Shown in pieces: positions 25,808 to 32,000 of a DNA stretch of 32,000 nt; the stretch's first letter is position 1; every line of letters begins with the position of its first letter. The position numbers were made by a program, and so were the translations under genes. The notes beneath the pieces are model-generated. The model did no database searches. It worked only from the letters and a program-made list of their open reading frames with translations, and was not told the DNA's origin. The stretch comes from Promethearchaeum syntrophicum (lineage in GTDB: Archaea; Asgardarchaeota; Lokiarchaeia; Sigyniarchaeales; Promethearchaeaceae): positions 2,820,001 to 2,852,000 of the forward strand of contig NZ_CP042905.2 of NCBI RefSeq assembly GCF_008000775.2, given 5' to 3'.

Positions 25808-27739
25808 ATGGTAAGAACAATGCGGAAATTTAAACTAAAAAAAATTTCTGCAAATTTTTTTCTTTTTATTTTCTTAACTTGTTTAATCATTACCCAACTT
25901 GTTTCTTTTTACGGTTTTGAACAAAAAGAGAAAATCCTTCTAGATGTGAATTTTAGTACATTAGATGACACCGGGAATCAAATAGATAATAATTATCAAA
26001 AATCAATCAATATTCATTATCCAAGTAGATATGACTATAGCGATCTAAAATCACCTATAGTTATATTAATTCATGGAGATTTTGTCGATGCCAAAGCATT
26101 TAATTTATTAAAAAAACAATATATCGCCAATGGGTTTATAGTAGTAACACAAGATTTTGATTTTTCAATATCCACTTTCATAGAATTAAATGAAACTATC
26201 AATTATCTTCAGGAAGAACAAAGTCTGGATGGTCATGAAATGGGGGTAGTAGGGCATTCTCATGGGTCACATTTCGCCTTCTTTATGAGTGTTATTCGAT
26301 CAGATGTTATAAAATTTACAATTTGCGCCAATTTTGGGAGCCGATCGCACATCTATAGCGATTTTTATCCATATTATCAAAATTTTATAGTAAATACAAC
26401 TTCTTATGATAATTTTCGGGACTATGAGAGCAATTATCAATTTTCTCTTTCAGAATCGACACCAGCAAATCTCCTTGTGACAACTGATGCATTAGATCCA
26501 AATTATATACATTATAGCCAAATAAACCAAAGTGCTTTGAATTTTTGGAATATTGACCAAGAAAATGTTTCCTATGGAAATTTTGAACTTGGTTCTGCAA
26601 AATTATTCAAATTGTATGAAAGTGGTTTTATACATACATCTGGATTATATCATCCAGCAACCATAGCAAAACAAATTGAATGGATCTCCGATTCTACCGC
26701 TTATGATTATGGGAAAGATCATTCTCAAAATCTATGGGATTTTCGATTGGATATGATTTTAGTTCTTCTAATTATTATTATTAGTATCCAACAATTTAGG
26801 GTAATACTAAATCTGATTTTCCATAATAAACATCTAGTACGTCAAATGAAAAAGGATTTAGGGATATATCAGAAATTATATTATCAGAAATCAGAACTGG
26901 ATCTAATTTTTAAAAGTAAACTAAATTTAAATCAATCAATAGAATCAGATAATGTGGATCCTGCTGATTTTAATCACCTTATAAATTTTCGGATGAAAAT
27001 TAATTTCAAATACACATTAATCATGATAATGACGATCACACTGCTATTAAATGGAATAATTTTATTTTTTAGTCCAGAATTGTCAATTATCTATTACCCT
27101 CCCATTTTTAATTGGATTCCAGAATTGATTTCAAATTTTACCGTTTTTCTTTCAGAAATGCTCTTTTTTGAACCACTTTCTTTCAATTTTATGTATTTTT
27201 GGGTTATTGTGATCATTTTTGTTCGAAGTACTTCGATACCTAGTCTTTTAGAGGTTCAACTTAAGAAATTAAATTGGAAAAGCATCGGTTTGATTATATT
27301 AATTTTCTTTCAATTGTTTGTGAGCTTCTGGTTTCTTTTCTATTTTGCCATATATCAATGGATTGGTTTAAATCCAAATTTGTCAATTTTAAATATTGTA
27401 TTGCGGTATATGGTTATCTTTTATCTAAATCACTTAGCTTGGGAATTTTTTAGTTCAATGAAACAAAAAAGCGAAACGAAATTACAGGAACTTCTCTTGA
27501 TATTTCAAGTATTTTTATTTAATGTTGTCTTGTTTTTTCCAATCTATTTTCCACAGATATCAACTTTATCGATATTTATCAGATATTTTTCCTTGTTTAT
27601 TTTTCCTTTACTATTAATTCCCGTATTCAATACATTATTGTTGTATAAAGGAAAATCTATTAATTTCATCACATTTGTTGATTATTTTATTCTAATATTT
27701 AGAAGAATATTACTCTCCTCTTTTATAATTGTTTTGTAG
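25808..27739 (+). CDS. Alpha/beta-hydrolase domain fused to a large polytopic membrane domain
   Basis: An N-terminal TM helix is followed by VILIHGDFVDAKAF (HG oxyanion-type motif) and the nucleophile elbow VVGHSHGSHFAF (G-x-S-x-G). Roughly eight or more hydrophobic helices follow from residue ~320 to the end. It starts 2-14 nt after the SBP stop (TTG at 25796 or ATG at 25808). Confidence 0.65.
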   Translation: MVRTMRKFKLKKISANFFLFIFLTCLIITQLVSFYGFEQKEKILLDVNFSTLDDTGNQIDNNYQKSINIHYPSRYDYSDLKSPIVILIHGDFVDAKAFNLLKKQYIANGFIVVTQDFDFSISTFIELNETINYLQEEQSLDGHEMGVVGHSHGSHFAFFMSVIRSDVIKFTICANFGSRSHIYSDFYPYYQNFIVNTTSYDNFRDYESNYQFSLSESTPANLLVTTDALDPNYIHYSQINQSALNFWNIDQENVSYGNFELGSAKLFKLYESGFIHTSGLYHPATIAKQIEWISDSTAYDYGKDHSQNLWDFRLDMILVLLIIIISIQQFRVILNLIFHNKHLVRQMKKDLGIYQKLYYQKSELDLIFKSKLNLNQSIESDNVDPADFNHLINFRMKINFKYTLIMIMTITLLLNGIILFFSPELSIIYYPPIFNWIPELISNFTVFLSEMLFFEPLSFNFMYFWVIVIIFVRSTSIPSLLEVQLKKLNWKSIGLIILIFFQLFVSFWFLFYFAIYQWIGLNPNLSILNIVLRYMVIFYLNHLAWEFFSSMKQKSETKLQELLLIFQVFLFNVVLFFPIYFPQISTLSIFIRYFSLFIFPLLLIPVFNTLLLYKGKSINFITFVDYFILIFRRILLSSFIIVL

Positions 27740-28051
27740 TTTATTTTTCATTCATATATTATTTTCTTCTAAAATTTAACCAATTTAGATGAAATTGAGA
27801 AATAAGATAATAAGTTTGATGTTATGATTATTTTATAGAGAGACTATGAATATTATTTGAATGGAATTTCAATTCAGTAAAAAAAAAAACACGAATTTGA
27901 CTATAAACAATCAATTCCAAAAGTTGCTAGAAACAAAATTCATTCTAAGTTAAATTTGAAAAAGAAAAATTGACCCAAGTTTAAATATACATCATGGTAT
28001 TAGTCTGGTAGGATATACTTTTATTTTAAGCATATATCTTGATTCCAAAAT

Positions 28052-29761
28052 TTATTTTATCTCTTTGAGTTCATCCAATTGATTTTCTAACCGAACTTTA
28101 ACAGAATTAAGGCGTTTAGTTTTTTCATCAAAAATTTCATCCGTTATTTCTCCTGTGATATTCTGCATTTCCAAATCAAGCAAGTTCTTGTTGACATTGG
28201 CAATCTTGATTTTTAAATCGGTTCTGACATTTTCCGCTGAAATAGGTGATTCTGATGATGTTGCTTGCGTTTTTTCTAATATTGGTTTTTCAGAAACTTT
28301 TGGATTTGACAAAGCATGAGTCTCGACTTTAGGGGTCTTGCTAGGTAATATTGATTTGGATACACCTACAGATGTTTGTGAAGCAGGGCTATTTGATTTG
28401 TTTGTTTTGGTTTGTAACTTCTTTAGCATTAATCCCAGTTGATCTAACTCTTGATTCGGAGGTGCGGGAGGTTTTTGAACTGGAGGTGTAGAAGGTTGTG
28501 GACCTGGAGGCATAGAAGGTTGTTGAACAGGTGGTTTAGTAGGTTGCTGAACGGGAGGCATAGGAGGTTGTTGAACAGGTGGTTTAGGAGGTTGTTGAAC
28601 AGGTGGTTTAGTAGGTTGCTGAACGGGAGGCATAGGAGGTTGTTCAACTGGAGGCATGGGAGGGGATTGAGCTGACGGCATAGGAGGTGCTTGTACAACA
28701 GGTTGTGAAACAGCAGGTTGAGATTTCTTTAAAATATTCCGAATCTTCTGAGCTTTCTCATGAAAATCTTGACTCACGCGATCATCCCCCAAATCTAAGC
28801 TCAAATCTGCAAGTTCTTCAAATATTGACATAGCTAATTCAAAATTACCATTTTCTAACGCTTCTTCAGCTTCAAGCATTTTTTTATCCCGATCAATTAA
28901 TGGTTTGAGGAGAGGTGAGATTTCACCCGACATCTCTAAAATATCACCGAGAATTGTTATCATTTTATCCCTATTTCCAGGATCTGTTGCAATCATAGAA
29001 TAACATTTCATGCTTAAATGACGCTCGATATCGATGATTGGCATCGCATCAGGTAAATCTTGTTTATTTCCAATAACTGCCGTATGAGCCATGGGAGCTT
29101 CTTTCTTAACTAATTCGATAAAATATTTACTTTTCTCACAATTTTCCAGGGTTGAATCTGTAATTAGGAGAACTGCATCAGATCCTTTAATAAAATTATT
29201 CCAGAGAAAACTAAACTGTTCTTGACCAGCAAAATCCCAAAGATGGAAATGTAATTTTCCAATTTTAATAGTTCCAATGTCTCCTGTAATTGTAGGAATA
29301 TGTTCTATAGGAATATCCTCTGCTGTGATAAGTCGTGTAATAGTTGTCTTCCCTACACCAGAGAAACCAATCAAAGAAATTTTAGGTCGCAAGTTTTTGT
29401 GGATTAATTCAATTGTTGGATCAAAAACTTCAAAGGTATCTTCATCCAGTTTTTCATCAAGTATCTCACCAAACATATCCATAAATTCCTTGCGACATTT
29501 CTGGAGTTCTTTTTTAACGCTATTAAATTTGTCGGAAAGGTCAGAAACAAAGAAGAAAATGGTGTTTTTGTTAGGAACTGAAAGATAAGTTATGCGATAT
29601 TTAAAATAGTCATGGTATTGGATACTTTCTGTAGTCAAATTGGAAGCTTCTTTCGAGATGTGTTTTAAAACTTGCTCGAATGCCTCTTCATCTAGAGCTT
29701 TTCCAAATTCACGATTATAAATGGATTCTCCATCAAGAGTTATAAAGACTTGTCGTAGCAT
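28052..29761 (-). CDS. Multidomain small GTPase: longin/roadblock-like domain, Ras-like G domain, helical region, proline-rich octapeptide repeats, C-terminal coiled coil
   Basis: MLRQVFITLDGESIYNREFG parallels the N-terminus of 14999..15868. G1 is GFSGVGKTT, switch I is HIPTITGDI, G3 is WDFAGQ and G4 is GNKQD. About ten PPxPPVQQ repeats follow, and then LLDLEMQNITGEITDEIFDEKTKRLNSVKVRLENQLDELKEIK. The ATG at 29761 is preferred over the TTG at 29776. Confidence 0.85.
   Translation of the reverse strand: MLRQVFITLDGESIYNREFGKALDEEAFEQVLKHISKEASNLTTESIQYHDYFKYRITYLSVPNKNTIFFFVSDLSDKFNSVKKELQKCRKEFMDMFGEILDEKLDEDTFEVFDPTIELIHKNLRPKISLIGFSGVGKTTITRLITAEDIPIEHIPTITGDIGTIKIGKLHFHLWDFAGQEQFSFLWNNFIKGSDAVLLITDSTLENCEKSKYFIELVKKEAPMAHTAVIGNKQDLPDAMPIIDIERHLSMKCYSMIATDPGNRDKMITILGDILEMSGEISPLLKPLIDRDKKMLEAEEALENGNFELAMSIFEELADLSLDLGDDRVSQDFHEKAQKIRNILKKSQPAVSQPVVQAPPMPSAQSPPMPPVEQPPMPPVQQPTKPPVQQPPKPPVQQPPMPPVQQPTKPPVQQPSMPPGPQPSTPPVQKPPAPPNQELDQLGLMLKKLQTKTNKSNSPASQTSVGVSKSILPSKTPKVETHALSNPKVSEKPILEKTQATSSESPISAENVRTDLKIKIANVNKNLLDLEMQNITGEITDEIFDEKTKRLNSVKVRLENQLDELKEIK
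28457..28723 (-). repeat. In-frame 24-bp (octapeptide PPxPPVQQ) tandem repeat region containing a 72-bp near-perfect internal duplication
   Basis: aggttgttgaacaggtggtttagtaggttgctgaacgggaggcataggaggttgtt occurs at 28517-28572 and again at 28589-28644 (offset 72 bp). The whole region is built from ggagg/ggtgg-ttg units and is locally GC-rich. Confidence 0.85.
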
Positions 29762-29864
29762 TAATGATTTCCTCAAAATTTGTTTATTGTAGCAAAATTT
29801 CTATAATAAATACATGTTTAGTTATCCTAAAAAATTTGAGATAATAACATTAGTTTGGAATTTT

Positions 29865-30380
29865 CTATTTTTTTGACATATAGCGGATTAATTTTTTAAA
29901 AACTGGTAATCGATCTCTTTCCATTTCAATCTCACTTTCTTTAATTAATTTATCGTATTCTTTTTGTAACTTTATTTTAGAAAATTCCGGTTTAGTTCCC
30001 TTTTCTGAGGATTTATCTAAAGTTAAAATTATCCGATTAATGCTTGGAAGATATTGGTTCAGATCTACGGTTTTCTGTACTTTACTCATGAAATATACAT
30101 TTTCTCCGAAGGTAAATATAATATTCTCTCGATCTGATTCTAAAATTAAATTATGGATGTCTTGAGTTTCTAATTCCGAGACGAGTTTCTCTCTTTTTAA
30201 AATCAATTCCCATAAAACTGGAGAGATCAGTTTACCAGGAGTTAATTTTGGGATTTTTGAAGCAAGCACTATACCATATTTATTGATGATAGCTGTATCA
30301 GTACCGATCATTTCGAAAATTTGGTCAACCACTCCATCCCAATTTATTTTATTGTCTGTATTTGGTGGATTTGCACTCAT
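29865..30380 (-). CDS. Roadblock/LC7 (MglB-like) domain protein, first gene of the GTPase operon
   Basis: VVDQIFEMIGTDTAIINKYGIVLASKIP...IHNLILESDRENIIFTFGENVYFMSKV follows the Roadblock/LC7 pattern (alpha, then a beta-hairpin 'G..gA.i.d.dG..lA', then beta-beta-alpha). It is co-directional with the GTPase gene and 103 nt upstream of it. Confidence 0.6.
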   Translation of the reverse strand: MSANPPNTDNKINWDGVVDQIFEMIGTDTAIINKYGIVLASKIPKLTPGKLISPVLWELILKREKLVSELETQDIHNLILESDRENIIFTFGENVYFMSKVQKTVDLNQYLPSINRIILTLDKSSEKGTKPEFSKIKLQKEYDKLIKESEIEMERDRLPVFKKLIRYMSKK

Positions 30381-30676
30381 TTTTTATAATTCCTTTTAAT
30401 TGATTGTATATTTATGATTTAGATGTTAGATATTGTTATGATTTCCTTTATATATATATTATTTTTTTATTGCTAAGTAAGATTAGAACTCCAAGTTTTT
30501 ATAATATCAAGCATGATTTTTTAGGACATTTTTACATTTATATAATTGAGTATATAAAAAATTTGAATTATTAAGGTGAAATAATTAATATAATCATAAA
30601 AATTCTTTATAATTTGAAAAGAAACGATACGAAGTAGAAATTTTAATCTTAAAAAGTTAATCAAAGAGGAAAAAAA

Positions 30677-31813
30677 ATGGGTGATAAAGACTTAGAGAAT
30701 ATTATCTCGAATATTGGACAGGAAGAATTGGCAGTAGCTCAAAAACAGGCTCAAATTGATAGACTTAAACAGCTGATCGTTAAGCAAAAAAATGAGATGG
30801 CAGAACAGCAAAAAATTATCAAAGATTTAAATAATCGCATTCATAATATGTATGATTTACCCGCCGATGTTGAAGAATTAAAAAGAATGGTAGGTGAAAT
30901 GCGTGCAGAAATCAATGATAAGGACTCACAACTTCAAATGGCATATGGAACTGTTGCAGAGCATGAAGCTGAACTGAGAAATCTAAGATTACAGATGGAT
31001 CCACTATCCAAAAATTTAGAGACTTATATTACTCAAGTCGGTGAAATAAAAGCAAAATTGGCAGAGCAAGAAGGCTTGTTAATGCTAAAAGAGAAAGATA
31101 TTCATGAATTAAAAACTAATTTAAGCAATAAACAGATGAATTTCGATAACATGGAAGAAGAATTTGCTAAAAAAGTTCAAGAACGACTAAAAGAATTCAT
31201 GGAAATCGAAGATAATTATCAAAAAAAAATTACAGAGATGCAGGAAGAACTACGCGAAAAAAGTATGACCTCCGACGAAGCACGTGTTAAAATTAAGGCA
31301 GAACTCCAAGAAGATGCTTTAAAAAATCAAACAGAATTTATGGATAAAATCAGAAAATTAGAATCCCAAGTAATGGATAAGGAAATTGAATCCAAAGAAG
31401 CGAAGCAAAAACTGGAAAACTCATTAAATCAAGTACAAGACATCAAACTAAAATTAGATACTCAAGTTGAAAAATATAATCAACTGCAAAAAGAATATTC
31501 TGTAATTAAGGATGAAATGGATACACGTGATGAATTTTATGCCGATTTAAAAGAATTTAAAGAACAGAATTTAGGTGTTTCATCAAATTTTTCCCGATTA
31601 ATGACTCTATTCGAACATGAACCACTCTTTAAAGCTTTTCTCTTAGTAAATGATGTTGGTGAAATGAATGTTGAAGATCTAAAAAATTCGTTGGGTGTGC
31701 CGAGTATAACTACAAAAAAATATGTCGATCAATTTATTAAAGCTGATTTATTTGTGTTAACCGATTCGGGCAAATTGTCACTTAAATATCCGATAAAGGT
31801 GAAGAAAAAGTAA
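30677..31813 (+). CDS. Long coiled-coil protein with a C-terminal winged-helix-like domain
   Basis: About 290 aa are heptad-rich (QKQAQIDRLKQLIVKQKNEMAEQQKIIKDLNNRI...). The C-terminus is MNVEDLKNSLGVPSITTKKYVDQFIKADLFVLTDSGKLSL, a wHTH-like pattern. An AAGAGG motif lies upstream of the ATG. Confidence 0.6.
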   Translation: MGDKDLENIISNIGQEELAVAQKQAQIDRLKQLIVKQKNEMAEQQKIIKDLNNRIHNMYDLPADVEELKRMVGEMRAEINDKDSQLQMAYGTVAEHEAELRNLRLQMDPLSKNLETYITQVGEIKAKLAEQEGLLMLKEKDIHELKTNLSNKQMNFDNMEEEFAKKVQERLKEFMEIEDNYQKKITEMQEELREKSMTSDEARVKIKAELQEDALKNQTEFMDKIRKLESQVMDKEIESKEAKQKLENSLNQVQDIKLKLDTQVEKYNQLQKEYSVIKDEMDTRDEFYADLKEFKEQNLGVSSNFSRLMTLFEHEPLFKAFLLVNDVGEMNVEDLKNSLGVPSITTKKYVDQFIKADLFVLTDSGKLSLKYPIKVKKK

Positions 31814-31822
31814 TTTACTGAA

Positions 31823-31839
31823 TTTTTTTTTTTATTTTT
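31823..31839 (+). terminator. Oligo-T tract (T11 a T5) downstream of 30677..31813
   Basis: The T run begins 10 nt after the stop codon. Oligo-T tracts are the usual archaeal intrinsic termination signal. Confidence 0.45.
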
Positions 31840-32000
31840 AAGGAAGGCTGCTAGGTCTTCTGGTTAAAGTTTATTTTTTTCTTATTTCTGGTTTATATGT
31901 TCATTTTAGAACAAAGAATCTAATCTAAAATTTTTTAAATTAACGAATTTAGAATTAAATATAATCAATTATTTTGATATAAGTTGAGATGAAGGTAATG

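Noticed and set aside
28444-28698. ORFs 28444..28698 (-) and 28451..28675 (+), with repetitive LLNHLFNN and RRLLNRW translations
   Set aside because: These are alternative-frame and antisense readings of the proline-rich repeat of the 28052..29761 gene. Repeats keep all frames open by construction, and the PPxPPVQQ frame is continuous with the GTPase domain.

Overview
The window is strongly AT-rich, gene-dense, and prokaryote-style in organisation. The gene content points to an Asgard (Lokiarchaeia-like) archaeon; this is inference from content only, since no rRNA or tRNA is present. There are three Ras-superfamily small GTPases. Two of them carry an N-terminal longin/roadblock-like domain, one sits in an operon with a stand-alone Roadblock/LC7-like protein, and all three lie next to long coiled-coil proteins. 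Housekeeping and catabolic genes include an OsmC-like protein, an alkyltransferase-like (ATL) DNA-damage sensor, an acyl-CoA dehydrogenase, a tryptophanase-family lyase, inositol-3-phosphate synthase and a phosphohexomutase. There is an Opp/Dpp-type peptide ABC importer with a binding protein and two permeases but no ATPase genes, plus two unusual membrane partners. There is also one complete IS4/IS5-type insertion sequence with inverted repeats and a putative target-site duplication. The most unusual locus is 2.5-5.1 kb. A Sec-signal-bearing protein there carries five tandem 16-aa DDGGGGVPN repeats, encoded by GC-rich 48-bp DNA repeats. It lies directly upstream of a tandem Lrp/AsnC-like (HTH+RAM x2) regulator. 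Next to this pair is a second, partly decayed copy: an unannotated 36-aa signal-peptide ORF ending in EDGGGGVID and a pseudogenised paralog of the regulator. I read this as a candidate secreted-peptide plus cytoplasmic-regulator module, either signalling or a multi-core precursor, with a Ca-binding repeat protein as the alternative. No CRISPR arrays and no RNA genes were recognised.
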